This document shows positions 28,701 to 43,130 of a DNA stretch of 64,000 bases, piece by piece. The translations under genes were made by a program, and so were the position numbers. Below the pieces are notes generated by a model, which was given only the letters and a program-made list of their open reading frames with translations, was not told where the DNA came from and searched no databases. The stretch is taken from positions 55,738,001-55,802,000 of the forward strand of contig OX597814.1 in the NCBI GenBank assembly GCA_951406725.2, in the 5' to 3' direction. Numbering within the stretch: position 1 is the first letter of the stretch; each line of letters begins with the position of its first letter. Origin of the DNA: Octopus vulgaris (Eukaryota).

Positions 28701-28929
28701 CCAGCAGCCTGGTTCCATCCTCGTTGCGGGAACCATAACTGTAGCCTCTATGTACGCCATGGAAGCCCCCAGCATGTCGTCCAACATGCCCATTGAAGTC
28801 ACCAGCCACAAAGAGAAGGTCCCTGTCATTCGTCAATGAGGTGGTCTGCAGTAGGGTGTCATAGAAACGGTCTTTCTGTCCATCGGGTAGCCTTGACTGA
28901 GGGGCATAGGCCAATATAATAGTTGCTAA
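25741..28929 (-). mobile_element. RTE-clade LINE, 5'-truncated within the APE domain, ~3.2 kb
   Basis: APE motifs (AYAPQ, GDFNGHVG, QHRLVV), RT motifs (QFGF, GVHQGSVLSPLLF, LLYADD), RTE-type C-terminus (GRGRPRKTW), 3' UTR and (GAT)n tail. Confidence 0.95.
26250..28929 (-). pseudogene. RTE APE-RT polyprotein, broken into ORFs 28462-28974, 26791-28152 and 26250-26843
   Basis: Consecutive domains lie in different frames; the EVVDSFxYLG segment seen at ~53945-53975 is deleted near 26800. Confidence 0.9.
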
Positions 28930-29460
28930 AGTCTTTAAAGTTTCGAGCCTATGCTCTTTCACAGAAAGGAACACAAAGAAACAGGGAGAGAAAATAAAGA
29001 ACCTGTAGTGGCTAACAATCTATCATGGTGAATGCCAAACAGAGGAGTCACACAGGAGAGCTAGGAAGAAGGGAAGATAATAAAGTAGTAGTGATCCCAA
29101 AACGAAGGTGCGTGTGCATGTATGTGTGTGTAGAAGAGGGCTGGTGACCTTGATGCGTGCTTGTGTGCATGTGTAGGTGTGTGGATGATGGTGTAGATGC
29201 TCAGAAGTGGTCAGTGCTAGTGTGTGCATGGTGGTGTAATTTGATGTGGTATTTTGTGACATGGTAGTGTGTGGTGTGGTGTGGTGGTGTTGGGATGTGG
29301 AGGAGGTGAGTGTGGGGAAAGCAAGGGTTGGGTGTGGGTTAGGCTAAAGGTGGGGTATGTGGGAGTGGGTTTAAAGGATGGGGTGGAGGTTGTCTGGAGG
29401 CCATGATTGAAGCCCATGGTGATTTTATTGAATAAATTTATTCTTTCGAATTTCAAGTTA
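28930..29460 (-). mobile_element. Probable Penelope-like fragment with degenerate hammerhead, abutting the RTE 5' end
   Basis: Minus strand ctttctgtgaaagagcataggctcgaaactttaaag; GT-rich plus strand. Confidence 0.45.
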
Positions 29461-29556
29461 TCTTTATATAATTTTGGTAAATATATATGACAAAATGAGA
29501 TGTTAATGTTATTTTCATTTTTACGTAATTTAGACGACAGTTTATTCAGTGTACCC

Positions 29557-29607
<51 letters not shown>

Positions 29608-29762
29608 ATGTGTGTATGTATTCATCTATTGTTTACAAACAGGTCAGAGTTGGTGACAGGAAGGACATCCAGCTGTAGAAAACCTACCTCAACAAATTCT
29701 ATCTAACTCATGCAAACATGAAAAAGTGGATGTTAAATTATGATTATGATGATCATTCAAAA

Positions 29763-29947
29763 TGTGACTGCGTGTGTACCGTTGGCGATTTTTTTTCTTC
29801 TGTTTTCCCTTCTTTGGATCTTTCCTATATTTCTGACGAAGAGCTCCGCTCGAAACGCTAAACCCTCCTTCTTTCCTTCTTTCTTGAGTGTCCAATAATA
29901 CTATACTTGTTCCACATCCTCGCGTTGTTGTGTTTTCATGTTTGGAT

Positions 29948-29950
<3 letters not shown>
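29763..29950 (+). mobile_element. Penelope-like pLTR fragment with minimal hammerhead variant
   Basis: CTGACGA-a-gagctccgctc-GAAA-cgcta at 29833-29860. Confidence 0.55.
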
Positions 29951-29997
<47 letters not shown>

Positions 29998-30791
29998 TAC
30001 ACACAGAGGCAGTTATGTGGTTAAGGAGTTTATTTTGCAACCATGTGGTTTTGGGTTTCTTCCTGCAACATAACACCATGGGTAGGTTTGTTTTATATAT
30101 ATGTATATAGTGGACTTCCATCTAGTTTCTATCTACTAGTTCCATTCACTGTAGTAGATGGCACCTATTCATGGTGATGTGCAGCAAGAACCTGAAACCA
30201 TATGACTGTAAAGTAAACTCCTTAATCACAAAGACACACACACACACACTTATATATTATGTTTGTAAGTGCCTTTGCTTTCCCATTGTGTTGACAACGT
30301 TTGCAAATGTCATAAAAAGAATGTCACTATATAAGTGATGCCTTTGAATACATCTACTGCAAAAATTTGTTTGGACATAGAACTGTTCATTGCTCAAAAT
30401 AGGATATTAGTTGGAAAGATGGGTTGGTCATAAGAAGAAACATCTAGCTATAGATAATTGTCTCAAGAAATTACTTCAAACTTATACCAGCATGGAAAAC
30501 CTGGATGTTAAAATGATGATAAAGATGGTGATAATGATATGCAATATGTATTTAAAATATACCATAAAATATTTTTACACATATACATAGATATATATAT
30601 GAATGCATACATATGCATGTATGCATACATGTGCATGCACACACATATGAAAAACAAAGAACATTGTTCATCAAGAAACTGAAATATGTAACCGAATTAC
30701 TTCATGATGTTAATATATTACAACGTTAATTCTCAAAGATTTATCCTGGCCAATGCCTGGTATTTTGGTGAAAATATATACTTTACATATC

Positions 30792-31010
30792 TATGAGGGA
30801 ATACCCAAAAGAGACCAGAATTTTGCAATATTATTTTATTCACTTAGTTTTACATGTTTACGCTTTTATCACCTTCAAAGTATTCTCCATTTGAAGCAAT
30901 GCATTGGTCCAGACACATTTCCCACTGTTGGAAGCAGTGCTGGCATTCTTGCAAAGGGATGCCTTTTAATGACTCTGTCATCTTTTTCTTCCCTCTTCCA
31001 CATCTGTAAA
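30792..31010. mobile_element. Mariner-like terminal fragment
   Basis: tatgagggaatacccaaaag TIR-like start followed by caccttcaaagtattctcc, typical of mariner 3' ends in reverse. Confidence 0.45.
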
Positions 31011-31516
31011 TTCCAGAGCACAATTACAGTAGCTGGAAGTACTAATTTACATACTGAAAATGTCAACATTTATTTTTAAATATCAGAGGCCTGACAACAG
31101 GGATCTCAGTTCACACAGTATAAAGGTATGATATATGTAACCTGTATAAAACTAAATAAACAGGGCTAATTTAGCTGATAAATATAATCATCTCCATTGT
31201 CATTTAAAATTTTTCCATACTTGCATTGGTTGAATGGAGTTTATTGAATCAGAATTTCTACAGACAAATGCCCTTCCTGTCTTCATCCTTCACCTGAGCA
31301 GACATGCCCTCATAGAATATTGAAAATGAATGACACTACTTATGTAATAGTCACATCCATGTACAATTACTAAGTAATGTCCAAATAAGAAGATAAAAAC
31401 ATACACACACATATGCACGATGAACTTCTTTCTGTTTCCATCAACCAAATCCACTCTCGAGGCTTTGGTCTGTCTGGAGGTATTGTAGAAGACATTTATC
31501 CAAGGTGTCACATAGG

Positions 31517-31738
31517 GGGACTGGACTCAAAATCCATGCAATTAGGAAGTAAGCTTAAGAAGAATGAAGAAAATGTATTATCCTTGTCCCTGGTCTTGAA
31601 CCACCTACCTTTTGGTTAATAGCCAAACATGCTGACTGTGCCACATACAATGTATATATATATATATATATATGTGTGTGTGCATGTAAACACATTCATG
31701 CACACTCATACACAAACATATACTCTTTATAGTAATAT
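31517..31738 (+). repeat. Copy 1 of a ~210-bp dispersed duplication
   Basis: Near-identical to 34318-34521. Confidence 0.9.
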
Positions 31739-32656
31739 GAGTTTGCCATCTGTTAATTTTATTAATTTTGTGTATTCTAGTTCTCCTTGATCATCACTAA
31801 TTCAACATGTTTTGTAATATCTGACATAAGAATACATTGACACCATTCATTTTCAACTTGCATATTTCTCTGTCTCACTATGTCATTCCAGCATCTTTGA
31901 TATATCATCCAATACTTATAATTAATACTAAGACATACATTTCCTTTTAATAGATATTATTCAATAGAGCTCACTTTGATGTGATTTTTCCCAGATTTAC
32001 AAATCAACAAGTACTGCTTTAAGTACTTTAGCTATTGTTGTTTCAGTTGAAATATAATATCCCAGTGTAAACGAAGATTTTACTATATATTCTCAATTAA
32101 TCTTAATATTATTCTTGAGCCATAGGGTTCATAAGGTTGATTACCCAGTTTCCATGGAGTATAAATGACTGAGATCACAACACTTCCCCTGAATAGGAGA
32201 CACTCTATTGCAGTATTTCTAAGGAGAGGGGACAAGTTGATTGTATCAACTCCAGTATTTTACTGTTACTTTATTTCATCAACTGCAAAGGAATGAGAGG
32301 CACAGTAGGCCTAGGCAGGATTTGAACTCAGAACACAGACAACCAGGAGAAATACTGCAAAGCATTTTGTCCAATGTGCTAATGATTCTACCAGTTTGTT
32401 GTTACCTTACAATATATTCTGGCCTAACTAAAACAAAGTTTGTTATAAAAGTTTTGAGCAATAACAACACTATTTCAAGTGTTTTATCATTATTATTTTA
32501 TGTATTATATATAATATAATTTAAGGCCAAGATTCAGAGACTGAAAGTTGATAAAATAAAATATCAGGCAGATACTTAGGTAATTAAATTGACCACATTA
32601 CTTCAGGCAAAATGTGTAGTACGTTACCTTCATTAGAAATAACCAGTTACAATAAC

Positions 32657-33035
32657 TCTCTCTATATAAACGGCAGTTTGTCTGTGCGTTTTCTGTGTGT
32701 CTGTTTTCTCGTACCCTCACTCTGACCATGGCTTTCAACCGATTCTGATGAAACTTGACACACACATAGCCCAATGTCATAATTCAAAACTAACGCAGCG
32801 AAAATTTTGAAAAGTTCCCCCAGTTCTGAAAAAAATTGATAAATTCGACATGGGGTCGAGAATCAGAAACCCAAACCACAGACCGTCTAGGGGACGCAAC
32901 TCCACCTTTTTTAACTCAAAAAAATTTACCATAATTTTTTTCCCATTTTTTTGCTATTTTTTGGCTATAACTCTCTAAAAATGCTTTATAGTTATTTCCC
33001 TTACAAACCTGAGCAACGCCGGGCGATACTGCTAG
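32657..33035 (+). mobile_element. Complete non-autonomous Helitron (~380 bp)
   Basis: 5' TC...TATATAAA; 3' cctgagcaacgccggg hairpin then CTAG|T; no TSD. Confidence 0.8.
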
Positions 33036-34317
33036 TATACAATAACTGTAGCTTAAGTTATTTTTCCTAAGAACATAACCCTCTTCTGTTGTTTGTATAG
33101 CTGCCATTATGAACAACACAATCCTAATTAAGTAATTATTAAGTAATTACAGGCCCAGCCCTATTTCTGTTCATATAGATATGCAATACTTTTGAGTATA
33201 TGCTTGAAATGCAAAGTACCTATAAATATATGAAGATCATCACCATCATCATTTAATATCCACTCAAATATTTCATCAACTTCTTTTACAAAATTTTTCA
33301 TTAGGAAAACCATCATCTATCTCAATATTTTGGTCATAAAGCAGTCAGCTATTTATAGGAATTTCAATAAATCTTTCCATTCCCTTCAAGAGTTTCTTAA
33401 GAGTATCTTGTTATGCATATGCCTTTTTCCATTGATATTATCTCCAGATGTTATAATTCATGTTGAAGAGTTGCATCCATATTTAAACAATTCGAGAAGT
33501 TACCTTTGCCTCTTCCCATCTAAGGTTCTAAGTCAATTATTTGGCTTACTTCTTCAAAAACCCATCTCTTCTGTAATGCCAAATGTCTATTTATGTATTT
33601 AAAAATATCACTTCATTCTATCAAAATTAAGCTCCTGGAATTGATTCAATTCATATGGATTACCTAATTTGATAAACAAAATAATTAATAAGTACCACTG
33701 ATAAACAACTGTATATGCATCATAAATCTATTTTCTTCAAGGTGTTCATATTGATTTAATAACAACCTATAAAGTGATAATTCAAAACAAAATTTTTATT
33801 TGTTTCAACCTCAGTTCATAAAGTCTCTTAAATATAAACAATCTTTCATTAAAAAATGTTTACTTTATTTTTTTTCAAACCAGAAATCCATTAGTTGTGT
33901 TCCAAGATAAAATTATGGTAACTAAAGTATCTAGGATGATACTTATATATATTCTATAAAGTAAAATAGTCTTCAGTAGTAATTCAAAGAACAATATACT
34001 ATTACTTAATGATATTTAATTTATGAACACATATTGATAGGTATTCTAAGAGGTGTTATATAAATATATTTTATTTTAATTAAATGCAAGTTTTAGTTTC
34101 TAAATTTAACACAAGGCCACACATTTTGATGAGAATGTGTATTCAATTTAAATGATACGGATTGAATGAAATGCAAACTAGAGATCAGTAGAATTTGAAA
34201 TCAAAACATTAATGGGTATAACTAAATACACCAAGGTATTTAATCAACTTATCAACTGATTCAGACACCTGGCAACTTTTTTTAAACATAGTAATAAACT
34301 AAATAACATACATTAAT

Positions 34318-34521
34318 GGGACTGGACTCAAAATGCATGCAGTTAGGAAGTAAACTTAAGAAGAATGAAGAAAAGGTATTATCCTTGTTCCTGGTCTTGA
34401 ACCACCTACCTTTTGGTTAATAGCCAAACATGCTGACTGTGCCACATACAATGTATATATATGTGTGCATGTAAACACATTCATGCACACTCATACACAC
34501 ACATACTCTTTATAGTAATAT
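34318..34521 (+). repeat. Copy 2 of the ~210-bp duplication
   Basis: See 31517-31738. Confidence 0.9.
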
Positions 34522-34744
34522 TTATATTATTACAGTTATATATTTGAAAGCATTAGCAGTGGAAATTAAGATGACATGAAAACATCCAATGTAATGATTT
34601 AAATTCAAAATTCTTTCTGCAGCTGAACTATAATAGTAAAAATCTGATGGGGACAATTATCCCAAAACCTATCATAAGTAGATTCCCAGTTATTTTGCTG
34701 TTTACTTAAGAGAACAAAACCTTAATCTTCATAACTAAGGCTTT

Positions 34745-35320
34745 TTGCATCACCAGTCTGGAACCCCTATCTTGCCCAGGATATTAATCATCTGGAAAGC
34801 ATTCAGCGGTATGCAACCAAGAGAATACCCTCCATCAGGCATTTGCCATATTCTGAATGCCTTACTTCCCTGGGCATGGATACATTGAAACTCCGATTTC
34901 TGGCAGCTGACTTGGCAGACACCCATAAAATTATTAACCATCTTACTAACAATAAGTGAGCACCTTTTCAAACTCCACCTGTCTAACACCCGTGGACGTG
35001 TTTACAAAGTCAGAAAACAGTACAGCTTCCATGACTTTTGGAAATATTTTTTCACACTAAGAGTTGCTGAAGCATGGAACAAACTGCCGGCATCAGTTGT
35101 TAGTTGTCGGAGCACTGCATCCTTCAAAACTTCCATGCTTTCTGAGATTCACCAACACTACACCTGATTTTCTCCCCTCCATACACACACAAGCATGTAT
35201 CTGACTCATACATTGTTCGCTTTCCAGACATTTGTACATTACTGCATATGCTTTATATGCACTTTCGACAAGTTGTGGTGCACCTGAGCACTGTATACAA
35301 TAATTTCATTATTATTATTA
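34745..35320 (+). mobile_element. CR1-type LINE 3' end
   Basis: SPVWNPYLAQDINHLESIQRYATKRIP...FFTLRVAEAWNKLP; 3' UTR ends in (ATT)n. Confidence 0.85.
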
Positions 35321-36384
35321 TAACTATATAGTTATTATATATACATTATGCATGCTTCAGGTGTACATTAATAAACCTTTCACATATGAACCAGATGTGG
35401 CTAATTTTAATGTTAAATGTTGATTTATTTAGTGTAGCAATAATAACATGCTATGTTCTATTTTATTAAACAGTTTGTTAATAAGTTCCAATATTTAATA
35501 TGAACATCTTTAATGAAAAACAGTTATTAACTATGAGAATCAACAGATCTTCAAACTGCTACTGCCTCTGACCTAAAAAATTGCACATACCTCATATATA
35601 TTCTCTCTTTTGTTACCTTTCTTCATGTGAGGAAAAAAAACTGTCCAACCACTATTGCCTAATAAGAACCATCTTCTGGCCTTAGAAAGAACACCTCAAC
35701 AGGTGAAAACCTTTTGCTTTTGAATGACACTTTTTTTCCAGCAATCACAGATTTTCAGAAACACAATGACATCTATTTGGGACATTCATAGGGTTCAGTG
35801 TGTGGTTATTAACAACCCATCTACCTCATTTCTTAACTTGCACTGGTTACCAAAATAAGAGTGCATATACTTTAAAAATCTGATTTTGATCAATATGTTG
35901 AAAATATCAATTGTGATTGCCTTACATGATAGATGTTTTTTTTCCCTTTATAACTATTGCACCTTTACTTTATTTACACTGGTTAACTCTAGTTATGGAG
36001 AAATTGCATAGCACAACTTTAAGGCTTAGTAAAAAAAAATATGGAATATAAAGCTAATTTATGAATCATTATCATACTACTAAAAGTTAAGTCTACTAAA
36101 AACTAAGTTTTGTTTGTGCTATGCCAGAGAAAATACGTCTAACCCATATCAGCATGGAAAAACAAATGTAAAATGATGATGGTAGTTACTACAATTATTT
36201 TCTCAATGATTCTTACTAATACCAACATCAAGTTCATGATCTCAGAAGGATTTATTCTAGAATTATATAAAAATTAAGCAACATGTTGGAAGGGAACTTG
36301 TTCAAAGTATCTCTAGTATATGTAAATCAAAGCAAAGTAGTTTCTTCCTTGAATGATGTTTAATATAATGATATATTTATCTTA

Positions 36385-36785
36385 AAGGTAGCAGGCTGGC
36401 AGAATCATTAGCATGCTGGGCAAAATGCTTAGTGGCATTTTGTCTGTTTTTATGCTGTGAGTTCTAACTCTGCCAAAGTTTACTTTGGCATTCATATTTT
36501 GGGGATCGATGTAATTGACTTCCACAAAATTGCTGGTCTTGTACCAAAATTTGAAATCAATATAATATTTATCTTGGTGGGATCACTAGTGTGTCAGGCA
36601 AAAAGCTTAGTGACATTTTGTCCACCTTTATGTTCTGAGTTCAAATGCCTCCAGGGTCGATTTTACCTTTCATCCTTTCAAGGTCAGTAAAATAAGTACC
36701 AGTTGCACACTGGGTCAATGTAATCAACTTACCTTACCCCTTCCCTGAAACTGTTGGCCTTGTACCAAAATTTGAAATCAATATA
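36385..36785 (+). mobile_element. Two tandem SINE family A copies
   Basis: ggctggcagaatcattagca...ttctgagttcaaat...cctttcatcc...aagtaccagtt...ccaaaatttgaaatca. Confidence 0.75.
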
Positions 36786-39700
36786 TTTATCTTATATGAA
36801 ATGTATATCAAGTCGCCAAGATATCTGATCAGAAAATTGAGAAAAAAATATTGAGTAGTAATAGAAAGCAAAAAGAATATAAGTGTGGCTGTTGAATTAC
36901 ATTATGGAAAAACTATATGGTAACTGGGCAACTTCTTACTGTAAATTGACAGATCTCTTATATCAGTCTATAATTTGCATGCCTGTTAGTGTTTAATAAT
37001 AAACACTATACTTGTAACTGGCTATAAATTATCTTCATCACCTAGACAACAACATGTCTTTCAATTTAAAACATCCCTAACATTAATATAGTCTCAAACA
37101 TAATTACACCATCTCTCCTGGAATATATTCTTTTATGGTTGTTGCAACATTTCAGTGGCCTATTAGATAAAAGAATTAAAGAAGATTTATAATTGGCTAT
37201 TATTTGTAGCAATAAATTCTTTCCTTACAACCATCATCATGTAATTTTATCATACAGGGTACAACAAAAAAACTTCCTGCATTTTAACAGGTTAACAAAA
37301 AGGTCAAAGTAAATATTATTTTAAAACATTTTAATTATGCTAGCAGAAAGAGTACAGTTTGTTGTTTTGAACATGGCCTCTAATCATGATACACTATTAA
37401 AGTTTACCATAACTCAGCAAGTCTGCCTTAAAGGATAACAACATCTGCAGGAACATTGTGAAGGGTATCCTCACATCATGCCGTGCAATTTTCCCTGTCA
37501 CATTTCAAACTGCCTGAAATAGTGGCCAAAGTTTCCTTAAATTACCTTTACCTTCATTGGAATATTAAAAATAAATTACAAATCAAAAATATAAATAAAT
37601 TTATAAAATATTTTAACAGAAAAGAATACAAGTCAAAATATGTGCATAATAAATGTACCTACAAAAACAAGAGAATTTTTGAGAAAAATCAAAATTAAAA
37701 TCTAAATGAAAATGTAAATTTTCAGGATCCTATCAGAACTTTAGGAAGTAGAAAAGCAGCAGCCTTTGCTCCTATCAATGAGGAAATGAAAATTCAAAGG
37801 GTATTTTACAATTTTTAATCAATTTCTTTTTCTTTGAAAAAAATTTTGGACAGTGAAGCTTAATTAAAATTTTTTTTTAAATACTATAAAAACAAACTTC
37901 TTTTAGGTGAATGTTTAGTTTATTTTATAATTAGAGATTATATTCTTTACTGAATGCAAATGAAACTAAAATATAAGCTTAGCATGTGTTGCAGGATGAA
38001 GAAACAATAATAAACAGAAAAATGGTTATACAAGATGTAACACTTCTTTAATAACTCTTTGATTAATCATAATGTAACAGGATTAATTAGCACCCGTAAG
38101 ATCACCTATAAAATAGATTGACTGTATCAATGTATATGAAAAGCTAACCAACTTCTTATACATTCATCAGGTAAACCAGTAACATAAATTGAAATTAAAA
38201 GTAAAGTTTAAAAATTATAAATAGGAACATGTTCAGAAAGCACAACAATTACCTATCTATTAATAAAATTATTTTCTTTCTGCAAATTTTAACATCTCAA
38301 AGAGAATTATATTGGGCATGTTACAGCAATAAAGAACTTTCTGGCAACTCATTATTAAAAAGACCTATTCTAAAAATAGGTGAATAAGTTCAACTGAGTT
38401 ATATTTGTTTCAAAGAGATGCCTTAATACATCCTACAACAATATATATTGTGAAATGGTTAGCAAGATATATGTACAATGTCAATAAAATAAATGTTTAA
38501 AAAATATATGTCCATAAATGTGGCTTTATTTCATTCACAGCAACACCAAAACAAATTAAATAACAAATATTCTAGAGTGTTTACGAAAAGATTAAAATAT
38601 CTTCTTGACAATAATTAACATTATATAGAAATTTTATCTTTACTACTCTGTTATTACATTACTATTCTTTTTATGTGTATGAGAGAAAGTGTGTTTATAT
38701 AAATGCACATGCTTATGTATAAACAGACACACACACACACACATTTCTTCTAGGCTACCATCTGTTTGATGCACAATCATAATGCTCTACTATAATGCAG
38801 TCTGGATAGGATAATTTCAATAAATTTGCTAAATACCAAATTATTTATGAATTCTTTCACTCTTTGTAATAATGAGATAAATGTCTATATTATCTATTGG
38901 TTGTTATGTAAAGTTGGACATTTACAGTTGTTATAGATGCTGTATAGTGAAACTGATGGAATTATATTATTTTGCCCTTCAGCCAGAAATAGTAACACTG
39001 ACAACTCAGCAAATTCTAGGCTGCTAGAATTTGACAAAACAATAAAAGGAACTGATCAAATACGATGAAACAACTGACCCAATATTTATTATATGACCAG
39101 AATGCCAAGTCAAATTCTTATACATGATAAACTGAGATCCACAGGAAAACATATCAGTACAAACACAAAACTGCTGAGAGAAAAGTTATTGTACAGTAAA
39201 AAAAGAGCATTGCACATTGATAGAAAACAAACTGGTGAAAAGACCAAACAACCACTGTCATAAAAGACTATAATAATAAAATGCACTCAATACTTGAGAA
39301 CTCATCTAGTAGATAGAAAAATGTCAAAGAAACTAGGAAAATGGCCAGATCTAAAGATAGAAACAGCACAGATTTAGACTTATTTACTAGAAATCAAATG
39401 GAGGACAACAAAACATGGTATATATATACAGAGAATCAAAGATCAAAATGGGATGTAACATACATGGATGAAACAAAATTATAGGTCAGGAAAAAGTTTC
39501 AAAGAAATACAATTATGGATAGAAAAGTTTGAATACTATCAAATCTAACATCGCTAGAGTGGAGATATAAATAATTGATATAGAGCATCCTGGGCAGGAA
39601 ATCGAGTAGAGTAAAAAAATAAGCTAATAAACTGAATAAGTGCCAAGAGTTGAATTTCCAATGTAACTTAGAGGAAGATAGTCAGTGAGATTATGTCAGT

Positions 39701-42369
39701 TGTTTAGATTGCCAAACAGATGGCGGTAAATGACAAATGAACAAGAAACTCATGAAAGAAGCAGGTGATAAAATATATTTGTAAATAAATACAGGAGAAA
39801 TAATTATCACTATCAGAGATATTTTTACATTATTCTGGCTCTTATGGATCTAATAAAGCACAAAAATGGACTGTTTCATTCTTATTTTATTTGTGTATTC
39901 TGGTTGTCTACTACCTCACCTCACATCTTTTTCCTTTTTATTTTGTTTTCTACTACTGACAAGACATTGTCATGAATTCCTTAAACATCTTTACCAACTT
40001 ATCATCTTAACCTACAACATAGCCAATATACACATGGTTTCAATTCTTTTCAAGCTAATATGTTAACTCCTCATTTTCCAAGTCCATCTAAAATCAAAAT
40101 GTTCCCTAAAAATCACATTTTACATCTAACAAATACTATATAATTAAAAACTGCTTCAAGTTTTGCGCATTGAGGACAAAGTCAAGGCTTCACTGCCGTG
40201 CAGTATAATTCATATTTTAACAACCCGTCTTTATTTTTGAAACAAAGTATTTATTGAAACGCGATATATACTTTTAAAGTACAATGCTAACATTGTCTAT
40301 GAAACACTTTCAACAAACAACTTTGAAACTTACACATGTAACTTTTTTTTAGCTTCACCCTAAGCACTCACCTAGCTAACGTGTTTACAATTATTGACTT
40401 ACAATTCAAAGTCTTAGGGTTGATATGGAATGCTTCACCTGCAATGTAATTGTTTTGAATATATTGATTTCCTATCTGCTTTCATACCACGGAGTGACTC
40501 AGTGCTCTCCTACATTTAGTGCTTTACTACTCTTATGCAGTAAAATAGTATTATTTGTTATTGACCAAAAACTTGTATCATATATTATTTCTTATTGCAT
40601 TAATTAAGGATACTTCTTCCCTATTAGTTATAATTTTCGAAGGTTAATTCATCATCTTTGTCTTTGTATACTGACATAAAAGATAGTAAGGTTTCCTGCT
40701 GATTAGTTTAGCTCTCAGTCTCAAATACAGCAATTATAGACACAGGATGATTTAAAGACTATATGAAGCAACTATTTCTATTCCTTCTTGAAACAGCCAG
40801 CCATTTTCCTTACATTGAGAATTTGGTAGTTTGTATGGTATAAACTCTTTTTGAGAATATCTACAATCATCTATATAAAATGTACAAAAGAAGATATGGC
40901 AGTTTCATATTTTTATTCTATATTAATTATTTTGGAAGTGATTCCATGCAATAGTTTATTTAAAAAAGGCAAACAAAAATAAATCAGAATAACTGAAAGA
41001 AAAAACTGTTGATCAAATATCTGGTCGTTGAGATGAAATATATTTTGTACTTGAAATAATCTTTTACAGAAATGAAACACAAGCAGCGATCAAGCTGATT
41101 AAGGAGCTTCTGTTTGAAGTCAACCTCCTACAAACAGCAACCTTGTTAGTTATATTCTCCCATATTAGAGGAACACATAGAATGGTGCAGTATTATATAT
41201 AGACTAAGCCTTTAAAAGAAACCAGATGGTCAAGGCTAGAATATCTTTGACTGAAAATTTTCTTAGTTCGGGCTAATTTTCAGTTAAATAACATCATCAA
41301 CAATAGGCAGAGAAGAAAAGCAATCTAATTTGTCTCTTATGAAACAAGTCTATCTTTGTATCATTTATATACAAAAGCTTTAAATGTAGAGCAAGTTTGA
41401 ATCTTTGAGGGCTTAGAAAAGCAGTTAGCAGACCTTAATCTAACAAAAGTTAAACCTACATTAAAAGAATTTGGTTCCTAATTGAAATCAACTTTATATT
41501 TCCAACAAATTGTAAATGACAATTGGTATTAGCATTGTACTTCTGCATAAGACATGAACATTTATATTTTGTTATTCTTCACTTTAGATTATCAAGGTGA
41601 AATAATTACTTTCATAGAGTGGTTAAATTGGCAGACAATTGGAAATTATGCTTTCAATGGGTAATGTAAAATGCCTTTATTGATTGCCCTATTTTTTAAA
41701 TACATATATTTGAAACGACCAGATCAATAGTTTGCAAGTGTACAACAGCAGACGTAATTTGAAGACTGTTACTTGTTATATTGAACCTTGATTGATATGA
41801 TGAGCTGTCACGAAAGTGAACAGAATTATGTACTAGGAGTATGAGAGTTCATACTGCAGAGTTTAAGATTAAGTATTGTTTTTAAAAAGAATATTCTTGT
41901 CAGGCATGTATGGTGAAGTAAAACCGTTGCAAACCACTGCCAATATTCTGTTGGCACTGTCTCAAATCAGAATCATAGTAAGCAAGTGAGTTAGAAGTGA
42001 AGAGTATTGTATGGAAAGAAGAATATTCTACAAGATAGTTGCTCTGAGAATAAAGGACTACACATTACTGTGGAATTGATGTTATAAATTGGATGAAATG
42101 TGAATTTTTGTGGAAATCTAGAATTGATGACCAAAGAATTTAGAGCATGTCATAGATACAAATGGGTATGCAGAATGGCTAAAGGGGAACCATTATTAAA
42201 AATTGCATTTATAGAAAGAATGTTTAGCTAAAAGATTTTTATTCAGGTAACAAGTTGACTCAAGAATGAACCAAACAAAACCAACAAGTTAACAAAATAC
42301 TTTTTTTTAATATTATAATGAAGTCTGAAACAAAACATAAGCTACAGATTCTCTGCTTATAGAGCTATT

Positions 42370-43130
42370 TGTTTTAAGTAGGGTGGGAAAGAGTGATTAT
42401 CAGGAGTTTGTGGTTACAAACCAGGCAATAAGGGAATTATAACTAAAGGAAGGAAAGCAATGTATATTTGGGATGAGCTCTGAATGAGAGCATCTTTTGC
42501 CATAAGTTATGGGCTTTGACTGCATGAAGGATATGAAAAGGCATGCCTAGGAGAATGCAGTCAACCACTATCTTAGCTGTGACTGTTTCAGGAATGAAAC
42601 ACAACTGCAGTAAGCACTGAATTGAGGTGTCAAGGTGGGAGTGTTCTGTAGCAGAAAGTTATGAAAAGTGTTACACTCATTAGGTGTTACACAGATAAAC
42701 CCAGTAGGTGAACAAGTGATGACTGCAGGGTAACAAATAGGTTTGGGAGAAAGGAAAAGATTAGAGTATTGGTGTATTAATATGCTTTTATAAGGATACT
42801 TTTGAGAATGGAATATGATTTAGCTTCTGCACCAACATCATCAGTATGGGAGGACAGATGTCTCCAACACAGAATGTACTCAAACAGATGACAGTGATTG
42901 AAAGAGTTTGGGGGGAGCCAGAGATAACAGCTAATGTAAAGCCAGAACCTAAGTTTGGAATAATCAATATCCTAACTAAAGGCATAGCTTGTGACCAAGA
43001 TGATAATACTTTTGTGTATTCTCCACCCACTACATGAAGGGCAAATGATTAAAACAGATTATTTCAATCTTCATAGAAATTCAACTTTCTGCACTCTTCC
43101 ATGAATTTTCCTATGAATTCATTTTTGCTG
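42370..43130 (-). mobile_element. Ancient LINE 3' fragment
   Basis: Weak patches such as FIPETVT on the minus strand; boundaries uncertain. Confidence 0.25.

Noticed and set aside
26647-28839. Plus-strand ORFs over the RTE
   Set aside because: Antisense shadows of the RTE coding sequence
31517-34521. LTR retrotransposon
   Set aside because: No TG..CA ends, PBS, PPT or gag/pol between the repeats
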